From the NCBI GenBank assembly GCA_029258795.1, contig JAPDKB010000002.1, positions 128,001 to 192,000 on the forward strand: 64,000 bases of DNA, given 5' to 3'. The notes beneath the pieces are model-generated. The model saw only the letters and a list, made by a program, of their open reading frames with translations, was not told where the DNA came from and did no database searches. Every line of letters begins with the position of its first letter. Position 1 is the stretch's first letter. This DNA is from an archaeon. GTDB lineage: Archaea > EX4484-52 > WAPT01. This document shows positions 36,753 to 48,573 of the stretch, in pieces. Position numbers and translations under genes: made by a program.

Positions 36753-38153
36753 TCACGGAGATTTCATGAAATCTGCGAGAGTTCCGGACAATTTTCCTGA
36801 TTTTTCGCTTTTTATTTTATTATTTGTATCATTTTCATTATTATCTACAGAATCTTCCGTTGATAATGAATCCGAATCATCTTCATTTGTTTCATGGTTA
36901 GATTTCTTACTATCTTTTAATTCATTATCAACTTTCATTGATTTTATAAGTCTTTCCGCTTCTTCCAGCTTACCTTCCCCTAGAATTTCAACCAATTCTA
37001 TGAATTCGATTGGAAGTTTGGAATCCCTCAACTTTTTCTCCATTATTTTTACAAATATTGACTCAACACTTTCAGAATCCTTGATGGCATCCAGGAACTT
37101 TTCTCTCTTTTGAATTTCATCTTTGGTTATGAGTTTTTTCGCTATCGTCACTATCGCCTGATTTTCAAACATTCTCACAACCTCTTCAAGCCCCATGGCT
37201 TTGATGTTCTCATTAACAACACCTGTCACCACAACCCTAATAAGCGGTGGCTTGCCAGCATCTTTAACCTCTTCAAGCTTTTTAGTTATGGCAGAGATAA
37301 CAGCTTCCTTTATTTCTTTTCCAGTTTTCCCGCTCGCATCCATCTCGATGTAAAATGCTTTTCTTACACTCTCCAGCTTTTCCTTTTCCAGTTTTCCAGT
37401 TTCTGTGTCATAAAAGTAGATGTATTTAGGAATGGCGGCCTCCGTTTTTCTGACCTGCGTGGTTGTCGTGCTTCCGGGGATCAGAAAGAGTGTGTTTCCT
37501 ATTCTGGTTTCATTCGCCCAGTGAATGTGTCCATCCACGATTAAATCGAAACCTTTTGGTAAATCCTCCAGCGTCAGCGTGGGGTTATCATCATCCATAT
37601 AAACAAAGCCCTTGACGGACTGGTGAAACATGAGTATGTTCTTCATACCTTCCAGCGGTTTTGGTCTCAGCTCGCGGAAAACCTCTCTTGCATATATCTC
37701 GGGTACGCCAGAGATGCCGTGCACAGCCACCCTCTCTCCGTTTTTTTCAACTATCGCCACATCTCCGTGAAGGCAGATGAGATATCCTGCTTCCTCCAGC
37801 AGCTCCACGGGGTTGACGCTTCCTTTAGTTCTTCTTTCATGCGTGCCGTAGATTGCTATAATGGGGAACCCCGTCATTGCAAGAGGGTTTGGCTTTCTGT
37901 CAGGGTCTCGCTTCCTCACCTCCACTATTCGCGCTTCACTCTTTCTTATCTTCATCTCTCTGAATATCTTGATGGCTCTTGCAAAAACTTCCTGCTTCGG
38001 CACTTTCATGTCAAAAATATCTCCTGCAAGAATGAGGACATCAGCTTTACTCGCTTTCTCCACGACCCCCATCGCAGCTTCAAAACTGTCCTCCTGCCTC
38101 TTTCCGTTCCAGTCGTAGCCAAAATGAAGGTCAGAAGCTATGGCTATGCGCAT
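36753..38153 (-). CDS. mre11: Mre11 nuclease
   Basis: 'SDLHFG', 'AGDIFD', 'GTHE', 'MFHQ', 'GHIH', 'PGS' phosphoesterase motifs. Confidence 0.92.
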   Translation of the reverse strand: MRIAIASDLHFGYDWNGKRQEDSFEAAMGVVEKASKADVLILAGDIFDMKVPKQEVFARAIKIFREMKIRKSEARIVEVRKRDPDRKPNPLAMTGFPIIAIYGTHERRTKGSVNPVELLEEAGYLICLHGDVAIVEKNGERVAVHGISGVPEIYAREVFRELRPKPLEGMKNILMFHQSVKGFVYMDDDNPTLTLEDLPKGFDLIVDGHIHWANETRIGNTLFLIPGSTTTTQVRKTEAAIPKYIYFYDTETGKLEKEKLESVRKAFYIEMDASGKTGKEIKEAVISAITKKLEEVKDAGKPPLIRVVVTGVVNENIKAMGLEEVVRMFENQAIVTIAKKLITKDEIQKREKFLDAIKDSESVESIFVKIMEKKLRDSKLPIEFIELVEILGEGKLEEAERLIKSMKVDNELKDSKKSNHETNEDDSDSLSTEDSVDNNENDTNNKIKSEKSGKLSGTLADFMKSP

Positions 38154-38188
38154 GATTATAAGAATTAAACACGAGCTTTTTAATGTGT

Positions 38189-38764
38189 TTAGTTAACACC
38201 AAAAAGCTTTCCAATCGCTCTTATAGACCTGCCCAACCAGCTGCTTTCAAACTTAAGCTTTCCGTAAGCGCTCGCGAGCTTTTCAATAGCATTCTCATCA
38301 TATTTCCCGTCCTTTTTCTTAACCGTGTCCAGTGCCAGCTGTAGCATCAGAACGTTTCTGTCGTTGGGTTTGAGGTACTGAATCACATTTTCAAGTCTTT
38401 CCGTAGCATCATGGTCATAATTCTCGAGAATGAAGGTGACCTGAAGTGGGTAGCGCAGCTCTCTTTCTTTTTTAACATCCTCTAAAATTTTGTTGTAACA
38501 CGCTTCCCTGAACTCTATCGCTTTATCTTCCATGCCAGCACGCTTTGCGATACAGTATAACGTGTCCAGAATGTGATCATCATCATACACAAATTTTCTC
38601 AAATCATTCCAGCTTTCCATATCGGCCAGAAAGCTTTGGAGGAACTCTTTTGCCTTCTCTCCCTCCGCATTCCTGTAGTTGTAAACTTCAAAGGCCCTTT
38701 CACGCACCTTTTTCATTTTCTGCAATCTTTCATTCATAGAGTTTCTTCTGTAAACTTCCTGCAT
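38189..38764 (-). CDS. Hypothetical protein (predicted helical)
   Basis: About 190-aa ORF co-oriented with its neighbours; start uncertain. Confidence 0.6.
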   Translation of the reverse strand: MQEVYRRNSMNERLQKMKKVRERAFEVYNYRNAEGEKAKEFLQSFLADMESWNDLRKFVYDDDHILDTLYCIAKRAGMEDKAIEFREACYNKILEDVKKERELRYPLQVTFILENYDHDATERLENVIQYLKPNDRNVLMLQLALDTVKKKDGKYDENAIEKLASAYGKLKFESSWLGRSIRAIGKLFGVN

Positions 38765-38768
38765 AGAA

Positions 38769-39242
38769 TCATTTTGCTGTCTTCGAAATTTTAAAAGGAT
38801 TTTCACTTCTAAGGAGCAGCAAAACTAAACCCACTACCATAGATAGCACACAGAAGCTGTAAATTGGTAGAACTGCCCCAGCTCCGATGAAGAAAGGGTT
38901 GTTTTCAAATGGGAAAAATGGCATCATATCTTCGTATAGGAAAGAATCCAGTATAACGTGGCTCAATGTGCCGATGAATGAGCTTATGAAAATAATTTTG
39001 AAGCTCTCTTTTTTCCAAAATTTTTCGATAGCTTTAGCAAGCACGAATGCCAGAACCACAGCTCCAATAAACGTGTGCAGATAGCCATGCATCGGGTAAA
39101 ATTCAGTGGCGTTTAGCATAATAACCAGTAAGGTCTCGAGGTCTATAATCATTGAACCAAGTAAAAGCGCATGGAAATTCAGGTTTCTTTTTATTCCATA
39201 TGCAAGCACAGCTATGCCTGTATGAAAAGGTGTGAAAGGCAT
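38769..39242 (-). CDS. Membrane-bound metal-dependent hydrolase-like protein
   Basis: 'MPFTPFH', 'IIDLE', 'HGYLHT', 'SHVILD', 'PFFPF'. Confidence 0.8.
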   Translation of the reverse strand: MPFTPFHTGIAVLAYGIKRNLNFHALLLGSMIIDLETLLVIMLNATEFYPMHGYLHTFIGAVVLAFVLAKAIEKFWKKESFKIIFISSFIGTLSHVILDSFLYEDMMPFFPFENNPFFIGAGAVLPIYSFCVLSMVVGLVLLLLRSENPFKISKTAK

Positions 39243-39298
39243 GCGAAAGTGTTTAACGCCATTAGTTTTAAATATTTCCCGCGGTTTATCTAACCTTC

Positions 39299-40783
39299 AT
39301 GGCGTCTGAAAAGAAGAATGAGAAAAAAGAAGAGTTAGGGATTACGGTAAGCAAGGATGAAAACTTCTCCGAGTGGTTCAGCCAGGTTGTGTTCAAATCT
39401 GATCTTGCAGATATAAGGTACGGTTTGCAGGGCTTTATAGTTCATCGCGAGTGGGGCACACTCATCCTCCGCAAAATTTACGAGATGCTTGAAAGAGAGG
39501 TGGAGAAGGACAACCACTTACCCGTGCTTTTCCCCATAGCAATACCCAAGCACTTTTTTGAAAAGGAAAAAGAGCATGTTGAGGGCTTTGCCCCAGAAGT
39601 TTTTTGGGTTACTGAAGCTGGAGATGATAAACTTGCTGAACCGTTTGCTTTAAGGCCAACAAGCGAGACCGCTTTCTATTCCATGTATTCTTTATGGATA
39701 AGGAGCTGGAAAGACCTGCCCTTCAAGAGATACCAGAGCAGGATATGTGTTTACCGTTATGAAAGCACGACACGTCCATTCCTGAGAGGCAGGGAGTTCC
39801 TTTTTTTCGAGACGCATGACGCCTTCAGGACGCATGAAGAAGCGCTAAAACAGGTAAGAAAGGATATGGAGATTTTGAAGAATGTGGTAGAAGAAAAGTT
39901 ATTTATCCCCTTTATATTTTTCCGCAGACCCCAGTGGGACAAGTTTGCTGGAGCGGATGATACGTATGCTGCCGATACCGTCATGCCGGATGGCAAAATT
40001 AGTCAGATAGGCTCGACACATGATTTGGGTCAGAGATTCAGCAGAGCTTTTGAGGTCAAATTTAAGGATAAGGACGAGAAGGAAAAATACGTCTATTTAA
40101 CCTGTTTTGGTCCGGGAATCTGGCGCATCATGGCAGCGCTGATAGCTTTGCACGGCGATGACAAGGGGCTTGTGCTGCCGTCAAGTGTTGCACCGTATCA
40201 TGCGGTCATTGTGCCAATTTATTTCAAAGGGAAGGAAGGGGTTGTGGATGAAGCCGCAACCAAGCTTAAAGAAAAGCTGGAAGCTGCAAGATATCGTGTG
40301 ATTTTTGATGATGATAAGGACAAGACGGCTGGCTTCAAATTCTACAAATGGGAGCTTTACGGCGTGCCTGTGAGGATAGAGATAGGTCCAAGGGATGTGG
40401 AGAATGGTACGGCTGTACTTGTAAGGCGTGCTGATGGAGGGAAGGTTGTGGTTGAAGTTGAGAAAGTGGGGGATGAGCTCAAAAAGCAGCTGGAAGAGAA
40501 CGACAAGATTATTAAGAAAGGAAGTATGCGCTACCACAAAATACACGAGGCAAAAACGCTGGAGGAGGTTAAAAAGCTTGCCGATAAAGGAGGTTTCATC
40601 AAAGCTCCGTTCTGTGGGGTGGATGAAAAAGCTGAAAGCTGCGCTGACAAGCTGCAGGAGATGACAGCTCTGAAGGTCAGAGGCGTGCCTCTCGATAGTA
40701 AAGAGAATCCCGGCAAAGATGATAGGTGCATAATCTGCGGGAAGAAAGCCAAGGTTTTGGTTTATTTGGCAAAAGCTTACTGA
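39299..40783 (+). CDS. proS: Proline-tRNA ligase (archaeal/eukaryotic type)
   Basis: 'NFSEW', 'HVEGFAPEV.WVT', 'LRPTSET', 'TRPFLR.REF', terminal 'AKAY'. Confidence 0.96.
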   Translation: MASEKKNEKKEELGITVSKDENFSEWFSQVVFKSDLADIRYGLQGFIVHREWGTLILRKIYEMLEREVEKDNHLPVLFPIAIPKHFFEKEKEHVEGFAPEVFWVTEAGDDKLAEPFALRPTSETAFYSMYSLWIRSWKDLPFKRYQSRICVYRYESTTRPFLRGREFLFFETHDAFRTHEEALKQVRKDMEILKNVVEEKLFIPFIFFRRPQWDKFAGADDTYAADTVMPDGKISQIGSTHDLGQRFSRAFEVKFKDKDEKEKYVYLTCFGPGIWRIMAALIALHGDDKGLVLPSSVAPYHAVIVPIYFKGKEGVVDEAATKLKEKLEAARYRVIFDDDKDKTAGFKFYKWELYGVPVRIEIGPRDVENGTAVLVRRADGGKVVVEVEKVGDELKKQLEENDKIIKKGSMRYHKIHEAKTLEEVKKLADKGGFIKAPFCGVDEKAESCADKLQEMTALKVRGVPLDSKENPGKDDRCIICGKKAKVLVYLAKAY

Positions 40784-40809
40784 GGCACAGTAAGTTTTTT
40801 ACCAAACCC

Positions 40810-40816
40810 TTATAAA
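40810..40816 (+). promoter_or_regulatory. Probable TATA box for leaderless htpX
   Basis: TTATAAA 25-31 nt upstream of ATG 40841 with no RBS. Confidence 0.5.
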
Positions 40817-40840
40817 GCTTGACGCTATTACACTTCTGTT

Positions 40841-41689
40841 ATGAGTGTGGTGAGGACAATATTTAATTACTTCAAGCTGACATTTTTGCTTGCACTTCTG
40901 GCAGGCATATTTCTTGCTGTAGGTTATTATTTTGGCGGGACAGCGGGCATGACCCTAGCTTTAATTCTCGCCATCGTGATGAACTTCATGGCATACTGGT
41001 TCTCCGATAGGATAGTGCTTGCGATGTATGGTGCCAAGCCGCTAAAAGATGAGCGCGTGGAGAGAATTGTAAGGAAGCTTGCAAAGGAAGCGGGTATAGA
41101 AATGCCGAAGCTGTATGTGGTGGAAAGTGCTCAGCCAAATGCATTTGCAACCGGCAGGAGCAAGAAGAGGTGCGCTATAGCGGTAACCACAGGGCTTCTC
41201 GAGCTGCTGGGTGATGATGAACTTGAGGGTGTGCTGAGCCATGAAGTGGCGCATATAAAAAACAGGGACATTCTGGTATCAACGATAGCCGCTACACTGG
41301 CTGCAGCGATAAGCTACATAGCCGAGATGCTCTGGTGGAGCACCATTTTCAGCAATGACGATGAAAGTCCCCCGGTCTGGGCAGTTATTCCAGTCATTTT
41401 GCTGGCACCTCTTGCCGCAACGCTGATTCAACTTGCCATCTCTCGAAGCAGGGAGTTCTCGGCTGATGAGACAGGAGCAAATCTCTGCCGCAAACCCAAA
41501 GCTCTGGCTTCAGCACTTAGAAAAATTGCAGGATATGCCGCCAGAATTCCGATGGAAAAAGGCACGGCAGCCACATCTCACATGTGGATAGTCAATCCCT
41601 TCAGTCAGAGCAGCTTACTCATAAAGCTCTTCTCCACCCACCCGCCTGTAGAGGAGCGGATAAAACGACTTGAAAGCATGAAAATTTGA
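40841..41689 (+). CDS. htpX: Zinc metalloprotease HtpX
   Basis: 'PNAFATG', 'HEVAH', 'SRSREFSAD', 'FSTHPP.EERI'. Confidence 0.95.
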   Translation: MSVVRTIFNYFKLTFLLALLAGIFLAVGYYFGGTAGMTLALILAIVMNFMAYWFSDRIVLAMYGAKPLKDERVERIVRKLAKEAGIEMPKLYVVESAQPNAFATGRSKKRCAIAVTTGLLELLGDDELEGVLSHEVAHIKNRDILVSTIAATLAAAISYIAEMLWWSTIFSNDDESPPVWAVIPVILLAPLAATLIQLAISRSREFSADETGANLCRKPKALASALRKIAGYAARIPMEKGTAATSHMWIVNPFSQSSLLIKLFSTHPPVEERIKRLESMKI

Positions 41690-41713
41690 ATTTTTGGCAT
41701 TATTCGTTCTTCC

Positions 41714-42118
41714 ATGGAATATGAAGAATACGTATTTCCTAGCCCCAAAGCAAAAGCCCGCAAGAAACTGATGGAGTTGAGGCTTAGTGACTTGTTGATT
41801 GAGGATATAGTTAAGGGGAGACCTGACGGAATGAATCTGGTTAGAATTTTAAATGCTATTACCAATTTCCCGACCGGATTAAAAATCAAAGAAATACTTT
41901 TTTATTTTGAAATAGTAGATAAAGATGCGGAACATACACCGTATGAACTGAGAGAAAAGCTTAAAACGATGAGAGATTCGGGGCTGGTTGTATACAAAAA
42001 CAAAAAATATCGACCTACAGATAAAGGAAAGGGAATTGTGAAAATTGCGCGTGAGCTTTATCCAAATCTTATCAAGGAGCTGGAGGAGGTGTACGGATGG
42101 GTGAGAAATATGGAATAG
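41714..42118 (+). CDS. Winged-helix-like hypothetical protein
   Basis: 'RILNAI...GLKIKEI...L..M..SGLV....KYRPTDKG' wHTH pattern. Confidence 0.6.
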   Translation: MEYEEYVFPSPKAKARKKLMELRLSDLLIEDIVKGRPDGMNLVRILNAITNFPTGLKIKEILFYFEIVDKDAEHTPYELREKLKTMRDSGLVVYKNKKYRPTDKGKGIVKIARELYPNLIKELEEVYGWVRNME

Positions 42119-42453
42119 AAGAAAAAATAATTGAGGAATGCGACCTTCCCGCAGGTGCGGTGAGAGATATTCTGAAGAAAGGCAAACGAGGAGAGATGAT
42201 TAGAGATATAATCTATGCGCTCGGGTTAAGTGATGGTAACGGATTGCGTGCCTACGACATAGCTGCTCGTATTGGGTACTTCGGGAAGGGAAGAGGAGAC
42301 AAAGCCGCTAAAGAGCTTGAGAAGAAAGTAATAAGGTGGCTTCAGGGGTTGGGTGTGGTTGATCGGTACGGTAAGGACAGAAATAGTAGATATGTTCTGA
42401 CAGACACGGGTCAAAAACTCTACACGATTTTGAGAGAGAATTATCGTGAATGA
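42097..42453 (+). CDS. Winged-helix-like hypothetical protein
   Basis: 'DIIYAL...GLRAYDI...L..LGVV....RYVLTDTG' wHTH pattern. Confidence 0.6.
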   Translation: MGEKYGIEEKIIEECDLPAGAVRDILKKGKRGEMIRDIIYALGLSDGNGLRAYDIAARIGYFGKGRGDKAAKELEKKVIRWLQGLGVVDRYGKDRNSRYVLTDTGQKLYTILRENYRE

Positions 42454-42487
42454 TAACTATTTATGAGTTGGTGAGTAAACTACAGAC

Positions 42488-44166
<1,679 letters not shown>

Positions 44167-44278
44167 TCCGACTTTTGAAACGGCAATCGAACCTCCTTAT
44201 CTTTTTAAATTTTATGCTTCAAATATGCCTTACCACAACTACCGTTAAAAAAACAAAGATTCTGAGGGTGATGTGATT

Positions 44279-45553
44279 ATGGCAAAAGAAAAACCTCACA
44301 TAAACCTTGTTACAATTGGGCACGTTGATCAGGGTAAATCCACCCTGATCGGAAGGTTGATGTACGACACAAACAGCATACCTGAAACAGAAATGAGAAA
44401 GATTGAGGAGAAGGCGAAGGAGCTCAAAAAGGAGAGCTTCAAGTTCGCTTTCGTGATGGATAGATTGAAGGAAGAGAGAGAGCGTGGATTGACAATAGAC
44501 ATCATGCACCAGAAGTTCGAGACGGACAAGTATGAGTTCACAATAATCGATGCGCCGGGACACAGGGACTTCGTTAAGAACATGATTACAGGAGCTAGCC
44601 AGGCAGATGCAGCGATACTGGTAGTGGGTGTGAAGGAAGGTGTGATGCCTCAAACAAAAGAGCACGTGTATCTGGTTAGAACTCTCGGTATAAATCAGAT
44701 GATTGTGACAATAAACAAGATGGACGAGGTTAACTACGATGAGGGAGCTTACAACAAGACAAAGGAGGAAGTGGAGAAGCTGTTGAAGACAGTGGGTTAC
44801 GACACAAGCAAGATACCGTTCATACCAATTTCAGCATGGTACGGAGACAACGTTGCAAAGAAGAGCGACAAGACACCTTGGTATAATGGCCCGACAGTAA
44901 TAGAAGCGCTTGATACTCTGCAGCCACCAGAGCAGCCGATAGACAAGCCACTCAGAATACCCATACAGGACGTGTACTCCATAACCGGTGTGGGTACAGT
45001 GCCTGTCGGAAGAGTGGAGACAGGTGTGCTGAAGGTTGGAGACAAAGTAGTTTTCATGCCTTCTGGCAAGACGGGAGAAGTTAAGAGTATAGAGATGCAC
45101 CACGAGCCGATTCAGGAAGCAAGACCTGGAGACAACATCGGTTTCAATGTAAGAGGTGTGGGTAAAGACGAGATAAAGAGAGGAGATGTCGCTGGTCACC
45201 CAGACAACCCACCGACAGTAGCTGAAGAGTTCACAGCACAGATCATAGTGTTGCAGCACCCGAGCGTCATAACAAAGGGCTATACTCCAGTGTTCCACAT
45301 AAACACAGCACACGTTGCAGGTCAGATAGTGGAAATATTGAAGAAGATAGATCCAAGAACCGGAGAAGTGGTGGAAGAGAATCCGGACTTCATAAAGCCA
45401 GGAGATGCGGCAGTGATAAAGGTCAAGCCACTCAAACCTGTGTGTATAGAGAAGCAGAGCGACTTCCCGAAGCTTGCGAAGTTCGCTATCAGAGACATGG
45501 GCATGACAGTGGCAGCAGGTATGTGTATCGACCTCGTGCCAGCGAAGGAGTAA
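44279..45553 (+). CDS. tuf: Elongation factor 1-alpha
   Basis: 'GHVDQGKST', '[10 protein letters not shown]', '[15 protein letters not shown]', 'NKMD', 'FAIRDMG'. Confidence 0.98.
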   Translation: MAKEKPHINLVTIGHVDQGKSTLIGRLMYDTNSIPETEMRKIEEKAKELKKESFKFAFVMDRLKEERERGLTIDIMHQKFETDKYEFTIIDAPGHRDFVKNMITGASQADAAILVVGVKEGVMPQTKEHVYLVRTLGINQMIVTINKMDEVNYDEGAYNKTKEEVEKLLKTVGYDTSKIPFIPISAWYGDNVAKKSDKTPWYNGPTVIEALDTLQPPEQPIDKPLRIPIQDVYSITGVGTVPVGRVETGVLKVGDKVVFMPSGKTGEVKSIEMHHEPIQEARPGDNIGFNVRGVGKDEIKRGDVAGHPDNPPTVAEEFTAQIIVLQHPSVITKGYTPVFHINTAHVAGQIVEILKKIDPRTGEVVEENPDFIKPGDAAVIKVKPLKPVCIEKQSDFPKLAKFAIRDMGMTVAAGMCIDLVPAKE

Positions 45554-45646
45554 ATTTGGCTGGCATCCTTTCTTTTACCTTTTTAAATTTTTCATACATG
45601 TTTAATATGCGTGTTTCAATTTCATGATTAGCTCAGGTGAGATATC

Positions 45647-45958
45647 ATGCAGATAGCCAGGGTCAAGCTCAGCAGTCCAGACCACCAGAAGGTGGATGAG
45701 GTATCAAGGCAAATAAAAGAGATAGCTGAAAAATTCGGAGCAGCTGTATCTGGACCAATTCCTCTACCCACCAAAAGATTGAGAATTGTGACCAGAAAAT
45801 CTCCTGTCGGGAGAGGAAGCGAAACATATGAAAGATGGGAGATGAGAATCCACAAAAGAGTTCTGGACATAACCGTTAACGATAGGGCCTTGAGGCACAT
45901 AATGCGTGTTGAGGTGCCTGATGGCGTGCATGTGGAGATAGAACTCAGGGAGAAGTGA
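45647..45958 (+). CDS. rps10: 30S ribosomal protein S10 (uS10)
   Basis: 'GPIPLPTK', 'RKSP.G.G..T.ERWEMRIHKR'; follows tuf. Confidence 0.97.
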   Translation: MQIARVKLSSPDHQKVDEVSRQIKEIAEKFGAAVSGPIPLPTKRLRIVTRKSPVGRGSETYERWEMRIHKRVLDITVNDRALRHIMRVEVPDGVHVEIELREK

Positions 45959-45984
45959 TCATTTTTGTTATGAGGGGTGTGGTG

Positions 45985-46725
45985 ATGGAAACCTTTACTT
46001 TGGTTCTTCTTTCAGCTGGTGTAGTTAGCCTTGTGGCGCTGGTTGGGGCTTTCACCCTTGTGCTGAGAGAAAGTGTGTTGCGCAAGCTGATTTTCGCTCT
46101 TGTCGGGCTTGCTGCCGGTACGATGCTGGGCGGAGCGATCTTTCACCTTTTTCCAGAAGGTTTTCACGAGCTGGGTTATGATGTCGCTGCAAAGCTTTTC
46201 ATAGCGGGTTTCGTGGCCTTCTTTATCTTGGAACGCGTGCTCTACTGGCATCACTGCCACGAGCGGGAGTGTGATGTGCACACCTTTTCCTATCTCATCC
46301 TGATCGGAGACGCGATCCACAACTTTATCGATGGTGTCATAATCGCTGCAAGCTATCTGACCTCTATGGCAATTGGTTTTGTCTCCACAGTTGCCATAAT
46401 AATGCACGAGATCCCGCAGGAGCTTGGAGATTTCGGTGTGCTTGTTTACGGGGGTTTCAGCAAAAGGAAAGCTCTACTCTACAACTTCATCTCGCAGCTT
46501 ACAGCTTTAGCTGGAGCGACAACCGCTTACTTTATTTTTACAAAATCACAGGCGGCAATGGGCTTTCACACATACCTTCTTCCGTTTGCAGCCGGCGGAT
46601 TCCTCTACATAGCCACAAGCGATTTAATTCCCGAGCTCCACAAGGAAAAGAATCTGAAGAAATCGCTTGTGGCCATGCTGCTTTTCCTTGCCGGGCTCGG
46701 GATGATGATGTTTCATGGGCATTGA
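45985..46725 (+). CDS. ZIP family metal transporter
   Basis: 'HHCH' loop, 'HNFIDG', 'HEIPQELGDF', 'FLYIA.SDLIPELH'. Confidence 0.93.
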   Translation: METFTLVLLSAGVVSLVALVGAFTLVLRESVLRKLIFALVGLAAGTMLGGAIFHLFPEGFHELGYDVAAKLFIAGFVAFFILERVLYWHHCHERECDVHTFSYLILIGDAIHNFIDGVIIAASYLTSMAIGFVSTVAIIMHEIPQELGDFGVLVYGGFSKRKALLYNFISQLTALAGATTAYFIFTKSQAAMGFHTYLLPFAAGGFLYIATSDLIPELHKEKNLKKSLVAMLLFLAGLGMMMFHGH

Positions 46726-46728
46726 GAA

Positions 46729-47844
46729 TCAGTTCACTCTATCCATAACAACGATCGTGGCATCAAGATCATCGTAGTTGACCCACAGCTTTTTCTTTAT
46801 TACGAATCCTTTCGGCTTTTTCAAAAACTTGAGATTACGTGAGGCGGTTATCATCACCACCCTTTCGCATCGCGAGCTTTCCACATTTCTCATGAACTTG
46901 GCATAGAGTTTCGGGATGTTGACCTTTCTCATCCTCACACCGTACGGCAGGTCAACGCAGATGATCCTTGAACTCAGCGGTATTTTTGTGGCATCTCCGA
47001 GGTAAAAGCGGATCTTTGCATTGGCTTCCATGCTGTTGATTCTTGCTTTCCTCACCACCTCTCTGTTCCAGTCTGAAGCCGCTATGAATGCATTAACCCG
47101 CTCCTCCTTCCAGCTTTCCTTAATCTCTTCGAGCTTCTCCTTGCTGAACCACCACAATCTCTCAAACCTGAAGCTTCTGTTTTTGTTCGGAACTTTTGCA
47201 AGGTAATGATAGGCTTCTATCGGAATCATGCCTGTTCCACACATAGGATCGTGGAAGGTTTCGCTTTCCCCGTTTTTCAGGTTGCTCAACCTGACCATGC
47301 TGTGCGCTATCGTGCTCTTTAGAGAGGTGATGTGCACAAGCTTTCTGTACCATCGTTTATGGAGGGAATCTCCTGTGGTGTCTATTCCGAGCCAGAATAA
47401 GTTGTTGTGCACCCTCGCCATGAATCTGACATCTGGGTCTTTGAGATACACCTTAAGCCTCGTGCCTTTCTCTTTCAGGTAGGAATCTATGATGGCCTGT
47501 CCAACAACCTTGCTGACATCAATGCTGGTGAAGTCGTGCTTCCCGGATCTTTTGGACACTACACCAAAGGTTTGGTTAGGGAGGACATACAGAGAGTAAT
47601 CAACATCAAGGCACTTTTGATAGATGTCATCCAGCGTGCTGAACTCACAGCTCACAACCTCTATCATGATCCGGTGGATGGTTTTGGAAGCGTAGTTCAG
47701 CAGCATCACGTCTTCATCGCCGGCATTTTTTATTTCCAGCAGGCCCTTGTCCAGCTTTGCAGCCTTATATCCCAGCTCTACAAGCTCCTCAATGCCGACC
47801 TCCTCAAGCCCGGGGTTGCAGGTGAGAAGGAGATCGTGCTTCAT
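46729..47844 (-). CDS. trm14: THUMP-domain RNA methyltransferase (Trm14-like tRNA m2G6)
   Basis: 'PGLEE', THUMP region, 'DTTGDSLHKR.YR', 'DPMCGTG..PIE', 'DLPYG'. Confidence 0.82.
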   Translation of the reverse strand: MKHDLLLTCNPGLEEVGIEELVELGYKAAKLDKGLLEIKNAGDEDVMLLNYASKTIHRIMIEVVSCEFSTLDDIYQKCLDVDYSLYVLPNQTFGVVSKRSGKHDFTSIDVSKVVGQAIIDSYLKEKGTRLKVYLKDPDVRFMARVHNNLFWLGIDTTGDSLHKRWYRKLVHITSLKSTIAHSMVRLSNLKNGESETFHDPMCGTGMIPIEAYHYLAKVPNKNRSFRFERLWWFSKEKLEEIKESWKEERVNAFIAASDWNREVVRKARINSMEANAKIRFYLGDATKIPLSSRIICVDLPYGVRMRKVNIPKLYAKFMRNVESSRCERVVMITASRNLKFLKKPKGFVIKKKLWVNYDDLDATIVVMDRVN

Positions 47845-47867
47845 GCTTTAGAATTGCATGCGAATTT

Positions 47868-48089
47868 TTAAATCTCGCGCTTCTTCGCCCTAACTTTATT
47901 TGCAATGAAGGTGCCGATGAACGCGCCTATGAAAGCACCAAGAGCCCCGTAGCATGCAAAAGTTATGCTGACCGAACCTTTGGTGAGATAACTGATCATG
48001 CACATCCCGGTAAACACACCTATTCCGTACACGAAACCCATCTTAATTGGTGACTGCCTGAAACCGCACTCCGACATCTTCCTCATCAC
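47868..48089 (-). CDS. Small membrane protein
   Basis: Two Gly-rich TM segments, basic tail, GTGGTG RBS. Confidence 0.55.
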   Translation of the reverse strand: MMRKMSECGFRQSPIKMGFVYGIGVFTGMCMISYLTKGSVSITFACYGALGAFIGAFIGTFIANKVRAKKREI

Positions 48090-48096
48090 ACCACAA

Positions 48097-48516
48097 TCAC
48101 TCAGCTACGGGAACTCTGACTTCCCTCTGGTAGCACACCACCGCCTTTTGCTTTCCATCCGCTCTGACGAGAAAGACCGTGGTGTTAGCAAAGCTCCCGT
48201 TCAGGTAGCACACCACATCATTCCCTTTCAGCACGTTTTCGAAGCTGCAGATCACCTTTCCGGATGCTTCGGTCTTCACGTTGCTGAGGTTTGAGTTAGC
48301 ACTTACGATTACAGCATTTCCCTCACATCTCGCCCAGAACGGCTCGGGCTTGTAGCCGTAATTTTCATGACCTGTCACGCGCTTCATCTCTACATAAAAG
48401 CCAATAGCAGCAACCCCAATCAGAAAGACGCCGACGGCAAGCAAGAAAGCGCTGAACTTGGTGAGGTCGAGCTTTTTGCTCTGTGAAGCTCCCTTCGTTT
48501 GGTTTTTGGAGGGCAT
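48097..48516 (-). CDS. Hypothetical membrane-anchored protein
   Basis: N-terminal TM helix then small beta/Cys domain; GGTG RBS. Confidence 0.65.
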   Translation of the reverse strand: MPSKNQTKGASQSKKLDLTKFSAFLLAVGVFLIGVAAIGFYVEMKRVTGHENYGYKPEPFWARCEGNAVIVSANSNLSNVKTEASGKVICSFENVLKGNDVVCYLNGSFANTTVFLVRADGKQKAVVCYQREVRVPVAE

Positions 48517-48573
48517 TTAATACACCATTCTTCAATAGCTAATACCTCGGGATAGGGACTCAAACATTTATTT

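Noticed and set aside
44300-44345. aEF1A P-loop GHVDQGKS instead of GHVDHGKS
   Set aside because: Single substitution at a variable P-loop position; all other motifs and the tuf-rps10 order are canonical.
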